Source: Candidatus Heimdallarchaeota archaeon (GTDB lineage: Archaea; Asgardarchaeota; Heimdallarchaeia; JABLTI01). Taken from it: DNA of 15,917 nucleotides. Below are positions 7,538-15,460 of the stretch, one piece after another (within the stretch, counting starts at the first letter, position 1; each line of letters starts with the position of its first letter). Below the pieces are notes generated by a model that was not told the DNA's origin, searched no databases, and saw only the letters and a list, made by a program, of their open reading frames with translations. The position numbers and the translations under genes are program-made. Location of the stretch: assembly GCA_018238155.1 (NCBI GenBank), contig JABCTZ010000020.1, positions 1-15,917 on the forward strand, given 5' to 3'.

Positions 7538-9028
7538 CTACAATAGATTTACAATTTCTCTTCTAGATTCTTTGATGAAGTAAGATGTTTCATCATCATA
7601 CCATTTTTTAGTTAAATCATTTTGTACAACTAAATCAAAATTAATTAATCTCCTTAATCTAAGTAAACCATAATCTACTTCGAATTGTGCATTTTTCTTA
7701 ATCTCTTCTTTAATCTCTTTTATTGTAATTGGTTGGAAGTCCTTTTTTAATATGTTAAGTATAACTTTATCATTAATATCTAGAAGTTCACTAATAATCG
7801 AATTATATGCTATTTCAGGTAGAATCTCATTCATTTCCTTTATTATTAAATTTTCAAATTCTTCATTTTCATACACATCATAATCAATACAATAAGAGAA
7901 GACCCGAATCTTGTCAACAAATGATTGAAATGACATTCCTGTATCTATAATTTCTTCCCCAAACAATCTCTTATATCGAATTGTTGTTTCAACTTTATCT
8001 TCATTTATACCTTCTGAGTAGGGAGATCTACAAACTAAGTATATTTCTTTGCTCTTAGTTTGTGGAATGTATTTCTTTAATAGTTTTCTAAAATGTATAT
8101 CATAATCATTTAATCCATAACCTATGAAATAAATCACATCGCTATTTCTAATCAAAGACTCAGATACATATAGCAGATTTTGCATAGATGTTACTTTATG
8201 AAGTTGTTCCAGTGTTGGTGGAACTATTGGAATCTTTTGATTAATTTTGTCCCATAAACATCTATATCCTTTTGTTGCACTTTCAGTAGCTCCTTTGATT
8301 AGAGGGGTTAGTTCAATTCTATTACATAGTGGACAATGTAACCAATTCAATGATCCATGAGGTTTCAGAAGACTAATACTGTTTTGTTCTCTGGGTTTAG
8401 TCCATTCATCTTCAATAGAACGTTTTTTCTCAAAATTTGCAAAATTTATATGGTAGTCAATATCAACAGTTTCGTTCTCTTTTTTCCGATGCAGTCGAGT
8501 GAGAGCATTATCAAGCAATATATCGTAATTGAGATTTATATAATTTGATTGAAGGAATTCTTCACGCCCAAGGAATAAGAAAAGACTATTTATGAAATCC
8601 TTATGAATTTTCTCAGATTTAAGAAGACAATAATCGAGTGTAACTGATAATAGCCAAATTAAATTGTCAATAAGTGACCCAATTTCTTCATTTGTGAATT
8701 TCTTACAGTTATAAGTTGATAACCCTTCTTTATTGTCAAAAAGAATTTGCAAAAAAGGAAAAATATCATTAAAATTGGGTGTAATTTTGTCATTATTGTA
8801 ATGAGGAAAAAAATCATCTAGAAAATTCACCAATAAAGTTTGGTTATCTCTTAATCTTCCTTTGATTAGATTTAGATTTAAATCATTAATGTATCTAGAT
8901 TCAGCAATTTCAGAGATATTATCTTCTGTTAATTCAACCATTTTTAAAATTAGACTTTTCCAATTAGGTGCACCTTCAGCCATAGATGCTCCATTACCAA
9001 ATATAAACAATCTTCTTTTCATTTCCAA
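7538..9028 (-). CDS. SIR2-like (SIR2_2) NADase-family protein with C-terminal wHTH-like domain
   Basis: FIFGNGAS..GAP.W, NLNYDILLD, LLKPHGSLNW.HCPLC, IVPPT, FIGYGL.DYD. C-terminal ILNILKK..PITIKEIKE..RLRRLINFDLV..SYFI. Start TTG 9028 or ATG 9022. Confidence 0.85.
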   Translation of the reverse strand: MEMKRRLFIFGNGASMAEGAPNWKSLILKMVELTEDNISEIAESRYINDLNLNLIKGRLRDNQTLLVNFLDDFFPHYNNDKITPNFNDIFPFLQILFDNKEGLSTYNCKKFTNEEIGSLIDNLIWLLSVTLDYCLLKSEKIHKDFINSLFLFLGREEFLQSNYINLNYDILLDNALTRLHRKKENETVDIDYHINFANFEKKRSIEDEWTKPREQNSISLLKPHGSLNWLHCPLCNRIELTPLIKGATESATKGYRCLWDKINQKIPIVPPTLEQLHKVTSMQNLLYVSESLIRNSDVIYFIGYGLNDYDIHFRKLLKKYIPQTKSKEIYLVCRSPYSEGINEDKVETTIRYKRLFGEEIIDTGMSFQSFVDKIRVFSYCIDYDVYENEEFENLIIKEMNEILPEIAYNSIISELLDINDKVILNILKKDFQPITIKEIKEEIKKNAQFEVDYGLLRLRRLINFDLVVQNDLTKKWYDDETSYFIKESRREIVNLL

Positions 9029-9052
9029 ATCAATTTTAGTATTATTCTTTGA

Positions 9053-9068
9053 ATTTATAATTTATTTG
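9053..9068 (-). promoter_or_regulatory. Putative BRE/TATA (CAAATAAA-TTATAAA) for the SIR2 gene
   Basis: TTATAAA on the minus strand at 9060-9054, about 25 nt upstream of the start codon, consistent with a leaderless or short-leader archaeal transcript. Confidence 0.45.
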
Positions 9069-9385
9069 GAGCTTTAATTAAAGAATTTTTACGCAATGTA
9101 TATCTGATTCAGATTGCTAAAATGTAAGGGAGTATTGAGGGTTGAGTGTTACATTTTGATTATCAATCAACTAAGAAATCTATTTTTCTTTTGTCCTTTT
9201 TACGCCTAGTTGAAGTTAGGATTATAGCAAAAGAAATTGAAAAATTGAACCAGAATTATCTTATCTAGAACTTGAAGAAGAATTACTCTTTGATCGAATT
9301 TTTCCTGATTATTTATTCCTAATAGAAATATAGTTGATTAGAATAGTATATATTCTTCTTATTGATTATGAACTAGGGATTCATA

Positions 9386-9766
9386 ATGCGTTTCGATCAT
9401 GAGAAAAATAGAAGTAAATTCTTACTATCAAAGGCTGGCAAAAGCTTAGTTTCAATGCAATTATATAAGAGAAAATTCGTAGTTGATGTCGATTTTGAAA
9501 GCAGAGAATCTAATTTAACAATTGTTAAAAGTAAAAAGGAATTTTCAGTAAAAGTTAGAACTTTAAGTAAAAAAGAGAATCTACCGTTGGGTCAAAATGA
9601 TTTTTCGGATTATGATTTTATAATTGCTTGTATTAATATCTTTGATTTACCTGAATATTATATTATACCTACTAACGTTGATATTGAAATTTCAGGTAAT
9701 ACTAGAGATTATATTACTTTGAATGAATTGGAAAAATTCCAAGATAGATGGAATTTGATTAAGTGA
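9386..9766 (+). CDS. Small PD-(D/E)XK/Holliday-resolvase-fold-like protein, catalytic residues apparently degenerate
   Basis: AGKSLVSMQLYKR..SNLTI..FSVKVRT..YDFIIAC..PEYYIIP..FQDRWNLI follows the layout GE..V..L..D..QVK..DF..YIIP..W of small restriction-like endonucleases. Confidence 0.55.
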   Translation: MRFDHEKNRSKFLLSKAGKSLVSMQLYKRKFVVDVDFESRESNLTIVKSKKEFSVKVRTLSKKENLPLGQNDFSDYDFIIACINIFDLPEYYIIPTNVDIEISGNTRDYITLNELEKFQDRWNLIK

Positions 9767-10004
9767 TATAATTTTTCTTTTTGTAAAGTTTTAAGAGATT
9801 GAATGATGTATTTCAATCTGGAGATATTTATTTTGACCGAACCAAAATGTGACGGAACTGAATTAAGTTTTAAGATCTATTTAAGTAAAGATTTGCCTGC
9901 TCGTTATTCTCATATAACATCTGTTTTCTATTGCTTGAAATATGGAAAAATAATCTCTGTCAACGTAATTAAAACGGGTTAGAGATCCCTTTTTTTAATT
10001 AAAA

Positions 10005-10748
10005 TTAAACTCTCTTTAATATCGCATTTCTTATCTTCTCAACCTCATGTAAATCAGTAGTATAGTGACCTGCTTCATAGCTACCTCCTTCAGAGGACTT
10101 GTGAAAGAAATTCATAGAAGAAATAATAGCAATTTTCTGATCAACAACAATTAATTTGGCATGCACCTTATTGTCGTAAATTACTCTGATTCCAGCTGCT
10201 TTTAATGTTTGATGATAATTTAGTTCTTGATTATCAAATGGTCGACGCATAATAGTCGTTACTTGAGCTCTATTCCTTCTTGCTATTTTCAATGTTTCAC
10301 TCAAAGCACATTGTTTTATGAATGGGTTCATTACCAGAACTTCTTGTCGAGCATCTCGAATTATTTCCTTAGAATATACAGAGAGTTTTGCACTGTCTAG
10401 AAATTCGCTTCTGGATGTATTTACTCCTATTAAGGATTTTAATCCCACAACAAAACTCTTGACTAATTCGTTAACTACTGGTAAATCTAAAAAGGATACT
10501 TCTTGTTTCAAATAATCCTCATAGTCTCTTCTCAATTTATTATCAATAACAAAATATTCACTATTTCTTTTCTCAATAGCATTCACGCTAAATAATTCAG
10601 CTAAAGCTCGTTTAAGAGCATAATTATTCAAATCAGTATATAACTGAATCATTTTCCAAGAATGTGCATCATTGATAATAATCGCTTCTAAAATTCTACC
10701 TTTCCATGAATTGTAATAATTTGGTTCTCTTCCGCTCAAAAAAATCAC
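10005..10748 (-). CDS. wHTH-like N-terminus + single-HKD phospholipase D/nuclease domain
   Basis: VMNPFI..VHAKLIVVD..AIISSMNF..YEAG. N-terminal ILEAII..SWKMIQLYTDL..ALKRALAELF..IEK..YFV helix-turn-helix-wing pattern. Confidence 0.8.
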   Translation of the reverse strand: MIFLSGREPNYYNSWKGRILEAIIINDAHSWKMIQLYTDLNNYALKRALAELFSVNAIEKRNSEYFVIDNKLRRDYEDYLKQEVSFLDLPVVNELVKSFVVGLKSLIGVNTSRSEFLDSAKLSVYSKEIIRDARQEVLVMNPFIKQCALSETLKIARRNRAQVTTIMRRPFDNQELNYHQTLKAAGIRVIYDNKVHAKLIVVDQKIAIISSMNFFHKSSEGGSYEAGHYTTDLHEVEKIRNAILKRV

Positions 10749-10779
10749 CCTAGTTTTTCCACTTAGGTTATTCCTTATC

Positions 10780-10797
10780 TATTTAAATATTTTATCT
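10780..10797 (-). promoter_or_regulatory. Putative BRE/TATA (GATAAAA-TA-TTTAAATA) for the wHTH-PLD gene
   Basis: TTTAAATA on the minus strand at 10787-10780, about 31 nt upstream of GTG 10748. Confidence 0.45.
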
Positions 10798-10883
10798 GGA
10801 TGAATTACTTAGTTTTTCAACCTAAGCATGTCATTACCGAACTGGATTTCTAGATCTTACAGAAGTAGCATGTTGATACTAAT

Positions 10884-11561
10884 TCATTTGAGATATTGCG
10901 TCTTATCCTCTAAATCATATTTGACATATGCTTCTTTACGTCTCATACATGGAGGACATTCACCACATTGCTTCTCATTGTCATGCCAACAACTCCAAGA
11001 ATCTGATAAATCAAAGTCATTTTCTGAAGCCCATTTTACCATTTCATCTTTTCCCCAATTTAATTCAAGAAATGGCGCAACAATTAGAATGTTTTTTTCC
11101 GGTATTGCTGTTCTTGATTCTTTGTTCTTAATTTTGTAAAATGCTTTTGAGTTATCTTTAAATGTATCACCCACATTTGATCCAGTGGTTATGAATGCAA
11201 TTTCTTCGCATGCTGCAAGTCTCAAACCTTGATTTAATATATCTGAATTTCTTAAATCAAAGATATGTATATTACCCCTAAATTTCTCCTTGAAGAATTT
11301 TGGTGGAATATCTACTATAATTTCTCTTAAATTTTCTAGTTTATCCTTGTATTCTCTCTTAATCTTATCAGAATAATATAAAATTGCTTCTTTCTCCTTC
11401 ATATAATTTCTCTGACCTCGATTAATAAAATAAGGAATAACTGTGCAGTTATATTCCTTTATTAGAAGATATACTAAAGCTGTAGAATCTAATCCACCTG
11501 TCCAAGTAGCTAGAATTTTTTTATTTATTATTTTTTTTAAGATTTTTTTCATATCTATCAC
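10884..11561 (-). CDS. QueC-family (7-cyano-7-deazaguanine synthase-like) PP-loop ATPase, divergent
   Basis: PP-loop TGGLDST, RGQR, LRN, APF..K..MV, Zn site SWSCW-x6-CGECPPCMRR. GTGA overlap with the HD gene (alternative ATG 11552). Confidence 0.85.
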   Translation of the reverse strand: MIDMKKILKKIINKKILATWTGGLDSTALVYLLIKEYNCTVIPYFINRGQRNYMKEKEAILYYSDKIKREYKDKLENLREIIVDIPPKFFKEKFRGNIHIFDLRNSDILNQGLRLAACEEIAFITTGSNVGDTFKDNSKAFYKIKNKESRTAIPEKNILIVAPFLELNWGKDEMVKWASENDFDLSDSWSCWHDNEKQCGECPPCMRRKEAYVKYDLEDKTQYLK

Positions 11562-13072
11562 ACAACTGATCCAAATATATACTCCTGTATTTCCTTTATT
11601 AACTTCTCACTTTTTACTTCTTTTGGAAGTTGTGTGTATTTGTTATTATGAATGAAAATATTTAATCCCCAATTATCCATATAGACATCATTAAAGGATT
11701 CCAGAAGGTGAGAGCTTTCTGATAAAGTTTGCAATAATGTTGTTTCTTTACCAATAAAACTATGCTTGGTGATAACTTTCATGTAGATTTCCTCAAAACT
11801 CTGAACTACAGGAATATCTACCATTACATCAAAGTTATTTAAAGTAATACTAGATAGATATTTGGTAATCATTGATTTAATCTCATCTTCTATTAATAAT
11901 GAGATTTTATTGAGATTGTATATTGATGATTTTCTTTCTAATGAAATTTCTTCCAATACATTTCTTAGATTAAGTGGAATATGATTCCATTTTAGTTCCA
12001 ATATATTTCTATAATTATTTTTACATTGAATTTCTGTGATTCTTTTTTTATTCTCTTCTAATCCAAGAAGTTCCACATAAAAAGAATTATCATCCCAAAC
12101 TACATCTTTGTAATCTGGTTCTGGAAAGAATCTTTTTGCTAAATTCATATATCTATCTTCATCATTACTATACCTAGATAATAATGAAGTGTCTGGCGGA
12201 TTGTCAACCAGTTCTTTTGTTGCTTTTAGTATAATTTTATTGGCTAGAATATATGTCTTATTTGAAAGGAATATCCTACGTTCATTCAATCTAAGTAAAA
12301 GAATCATTATTGCATCTATAATATTATCTTGTTGAATAGTAATCTCATACTTATTTGGAGGTTTTTTAATTAACTCTAATTCACTTATTTGGTTAATAAG
12401 ATTATTTGTGAACTTATTTATAGATAAACAAGATGCAAAGAAATCCGGATCTGAAACAAAACCTCTTTTCATTTGTTGATAATCTCTATATAGATAATCA
12501 AGTCTATCAATATCAATATCATTGGATATTAATTGTTTTGCTAGTTGTAAGGTTTCATTATCTAATTCCTTCCCAATCAGCACTTTTTCTATTTGTTCAG
12601 GTAAATTCGTAAACCCAGTGTCTTCTATTAGCTTTTTGAGATGCTTATTATTATTACAGTCAAACTTAGCGATTGTAGCAGAATTATTCTCATGTCTAAA
12701 TTTGCTAGTATCATCATATAGTGATTTTAGTATCTTCTCTGACAAATGAGAAAAAGGGCCATGGCCCGTATCATGATATAAAGCTGCTAGTCTCGCTAAA
12801 ATTGCAAATTCATCCCAGTTTATATCAAGAGCAAAGTCTTCATTTGATACATTCTTTAAGTAGTCAATAAACTTGATTGATAATGCTAAAACACCTTCTG
12901 TGTGATGAAATCGTGAATGCTTAGCAAAAGTATATTCTTCAATCCAATCTAATGTTCCTAGTTGCTTGATTCTTTTTAACCTTGTAAGAAAAGGTGTTTT
13001 AAGAATCTCTTTTTCAATATCATTAAAGTTTAATTCTTTCAATCTGAAATTGTTCCACTTAAACAAACTCAT
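11558..13072 (-). CDS. HD-domain phosphohydrolase, SAMHD1/dNTP triphosphohydrolase-like
   Basis: RLKRIKQLG, HSRFHHTEGV, AALYHDTGHGPFSH, HE, DIDRLDYLYRD, plus a C-terminal HD-associated region. Confidence 0.88.
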   Translation of the reverse strand: MSLFKWNNFRLKELNFNDIEKEILKTPFLTRLKRIKQLGTLDWIEEYTFAKHSRFHHTEGVLALSIKFIDYLKNVSNEDFALDINWDEFAILARLAALYHDTGHGPFSHLSEKILKSLYDDTSKFRHENNSATIAKFDCNNNKHLKKLIEDTGFTNLPEQIEKVLIGKELDNETLQLAKQLISNDIDIDRLDYLYRDYQQMKRGFVSDPDFFASCLSINKFTNNLINQISELELIKKPPNKYEITIQQDNIIDAIMILLLRLNERRIFLSNKTYILANKIILKATKELVDNPPDTSLLSRYSNDEDRYMNLAKRFFPEPDYKDVVWDDNSFYVELLGLEENKKRITEIQCKNNYRNILELKWNHIPLNLRNVLEEISLERKSSIYNLNKISLLIEDEIKSMITKYLSSITLNNFDVMVDIPVVQSFEEIYMKVITKHSFIGKETTLLQTLSESSHLLESFNDVYMDNWGLNIFIHNNKYTQLPKEVKSEKLIKEIQEYIFGSVV

Positions 13073-13074
13073 AA

Positions 13075-13908
13075 TTATTCCTCCCCAAATAAGGAATCAC
13101 AAATGATTTTCATTAATTTTTCAAGTACTTTCTCTTTTATTGTTTCATCAAAAACACTTTTAGAATATTCAAGAAAATAATCGTCGATTATATTGATTAC
13201 ATGTTCAGTTTCTTCTAAATAATCTTTTTCATTCTTGAATTCTTTGTTTATATAGTTTAAAATTTCATTTTTAATCTTAGGTATGAATTCTTCCCCCTTC
13301 GAAATCTTAGTTTTACTAAGATAATTATTTGTTATTGTTTTTATATATTCACCTATCTTATTATATATTATGTGTTTTGTGAAAAAATCTACAATAATTT
13401 TCTGGGTTTCATCTTTTGCTTTTGCTGTTAATATACTTGAATTATAATTTATTTCTGAATCAATAAATACACCAAGATACCAATTATTAAGCAATTTCCT
13501 CATTATTCCATCTTTAGTAGTAGAATCTATAAATTCGATATACTTAAGCTTGCTTTCGATTGAAGGTCTATCAATTATTAATATTGCTTTTGGCCAATCG
13601 ATACCTAATTTTTCGTTTATTGATCTCTCTAGCTTATTTCTTATATCAATATTTTTCATGAAATTTCTAAAAACTATATCAACGTGTTTATAACCAAATT
13701 TTTCCAAACTAGAAAATCTGTATACATATAATTCTTCATAAATTTTATTCTCATAAACTTTCTTTAAGAAATTTCTTGCTTGAATGATCTCCGTACTAGT
13801 TTCATATTTCTTAATTTCTTCATCCTTATTTAAGAAAGCATAAAAATAATAGATGGATTGATACCCACCTTTAGTCTTTTCATATAATTTGTCACAAACT
13901 TCTTTCAT
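13075..13908 (-). CDS. Hypothetical protein resembling the C-terminal (HD-associated) half of SAMHD1-like hydrolases; possibly 5'-truncated
   Basis: ARNFLKKVYENKIY..LERSINEKLGI..LIIDRP..NNWYLGVFI parallels the neighbouring gene's NNY..IEDEI..VMVDIP..DNWGLNIFI; no HD motifs; 2-nt gap to the HD gene. Confidence 0.6.
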   Translation of the reverse strand: MKEVCDKLYEKTKGGYQSIYYFYAFLNKDEEIKKYETSTEIIQARNFLKKVYENKIYEELYVYRFSSLEKFGYKHVDIVFRNFMKNIDIRNKLERSINEKLGIDWPKAILIIDRPSIESKLKYIEFIDSTTKDGIMRKLLNNWYLGVFIDSEINYNSSILTAKAKDETQKIIVDFFTKHIIYNKIGEYIKTITNNYLSKTKISKGEEFIPKIKNEILNYINKEFKNEKDYLEETEHVINIIDDYFLEYSKSVFDETIKEKVLEKLMKIICDSLFGEE

Positions 13909-14010
13909 AAGGAGTTTGGAAAAACCTCAGAGAAGATTGGCTCTTTACTTGATTTGGACGAGATCATGAGCTACGAACGATACCCGACTAAAAAAGAAAA
14001 ATCAAAATGA
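13909..14010 (+). pseudogene. Probable 3' remnant of a + strand gene
   Basis: Frame reads KEFGKTSEKIGSLLDLDEIMSYERYPTKKEKSK-TGA(14008-14010), ending 26 nt before the next gene. It is closed upstream by TAA 13885-13887 with no convincing start. Confidence 0.35.
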
Positions 14011-14036
14011 AATATACAAAAAGGACGTGTTAAAGT

Positions 14037-14504
14037 ATGATAAACGAAAGCAAACTATTTGATTCAGCAAGCAAAATGATGGAAGAAGGAAGAGGAAATT
14101 GTGCACAAGCAATTTTTGCAAGGTATGGTCCAATTCTAGAGAAAGGAAAGATTGACTTTGATTCGTGCATGAGAATAACCTCTGCATTTGGTGGTGGTAT
14201 TAACCTCACAGGAAATGTTTGTGGTGCAATAACAGGTGCATTAATGACACTTGGTCTCAAGTATGGTGAAAGTATCCAAGAAGTGAGTAAAATATCAACT
14301 CAGTTTCTTGATGAGTTCAAATCAAACAACGGATCAATAATCTGCCGTGATTTAGTTGGTCATGATTTGTTTGACAATGAAGATTTAAGAAAAACAAAAG
14401 AGAAAGATATATTCGAGAAGTGCAAGAAATGCGTAGATGATGCAGCTTGTCTGTTGGAAAAATATTTTGATGAGCTCAAAACTGAGGAGGGAAAACAAAT
14501 TTGA
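14037..14504 (+). CDS. C-GCAxxG-C-C family putative redox-active protein
   Basis: NCAQA, FGGGI, VCGAITG, GSIICRDL, KC..CV motifs; AAGGA upstream. Confidence 0.9.
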   Translation: MINESKLFDSASKMMEEGRGNCAQAIFARYGPILEKGKIDFDSCMRITSAFGGGINLTGNVCGAITGALMTLGLKYGESIQEVSKISTQFLDEFKSNNGSIICRDLVGHDLFDNEDLRKTKEKDIFEKCKKCVDDAACLLEKYFDELKTEEGKQI

Positions 14505-15460
14505 AAGCAGTAATTATAACAAAATATGGTCCACCCGAAGTTCTAAAGTTGCAAGAAGTAGAAAAGCCAACTATTAATGAAAACCAAGTTCTTATTAAAA
14601 TCCATGCAACTTCAGTAACTCCAATGGATTATAGAATGCGAAGTGCAAAGGCACCTTTATGGCCTATTTCGAGAATAATGATGGGATTCTGGAAACCAAA
14701 ACAAAAAATACCTGGGAATGAGTTTGCAGGAGAAATCGTAGAAATTGGTAAAAAAATTACCAAGTATAAAAAAGGCGATAAAGTTTTTGGATTTTGTCTA
14801 AATGTCTATGCTGAATATTGCATTGCTTCAGAAAAATCCAATATTGAATTTATGCCTCAAACTTCAAGCTATAATGAAGGTACATCCATAGCTTTTGGAG
14901 GGGTTACAGCATTAACTTTCTTGAAAGAATTAGCAAACATTCAGAGTGGTCAAAAAATCCTCATCAATGGAGCTTCAGGAGGAGTAGGCGTGTTTGCTGT
15001 CCAATTGGCTAAACATTTTGGCGCAGAAATTACTGGAGTATGTAGCACAAAAAATGTGGATTTAGTATTATCACTTGGAGCTGATAGAGTAATTGATTAT
15101 ACGAAAGATGATTTTACAAAGGAAACTGAACATAAATATGATATTATCTTTGACGTAGTAGGAAAAAGCTCATTCTCAAAATGTAAGAAGTTATTGACAG
15201 AAGAAGGTATTTACATCAATATTGTTCCTTCCTATCGTCTGTTATTCCAAAATTTTTGGACATCTAAGGTAGGAAAGAAAAAGGTGATAACCGGAATGGC
15301 GAGTGTTAATGATAATTTACTTCTTCTTAAAGAACTAATTGAATCTAAAAAATTACGAGTGGTCATTGATAGGACTTATCCTTTAGAACAGATCGTTGAT
15401 GCACATGCATATGCTGAAAAAGGGCACAAAGTCGGAAGTGTGGTAATAACACTGAATTGA
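14501..15460 (+). CDS. NAD(P)-dependent medium-chain dehydrogenase/reductase (zinc-free quinone-oxidoreductase-like)
   Basis: MKAV..YGPPEVL, PGNEFAG, INGASGGVG, LGADRVIDY, VIDRTYPLEQI..AH.Y..GH..G.VVI; TTGA overlap and GAGGAGG RBS. Confidence 0.92.
   Translation: MKAVIITKYGPPEVLKLQEVEKPTINENQVLIKIHATSVTPMDYRMRSAKAPLWPISRIMMGFWKPKQKIPGNEFAGEIVEIGKKITKYKKGDKVFGFCLNVYAEYCIASEKSNIEFMPQTSSYNEGTSIAFGGVTALTFLKELANIQSGQKILINGASGGVGVFAVQLAKHFGAEITGVCSTKNVDLVLSLGADRVIDYTKDDFTKETEHKYDIIFDVVGKSSFSKCKKLLTEEGIYINIVPSYRLLFQNFWTSKVGKKKVITGMASVNDNLLLLKELIESKKLRVVIDRTYPLEQIVDAHAYAEKGHKVGSVVITLN

Noticed and set aside
9767-10004. Convergent intergenic region as ncRNA or small gene
   Set aside because: Only short ORFs and T-tracts compatible with termination; no convincing structure seen.
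10884-11561. Type IV CBASS, QatABCD or Dpd assignment for QueC
   Set aside because: No CD-NTase, TGT, TatD, KAP ATPase or DpdA in the window.
3780-14260. Short track ORFs (3780-, 5349-, 6560+, 7328+, 8357+, 8862+, 10318+, 10828+, 10928+, 11443+, 12522+, 14002-, 14030-)
   Set aside because: All lie antisense to longer genes with recognisable motifs and have no motifs of their own.
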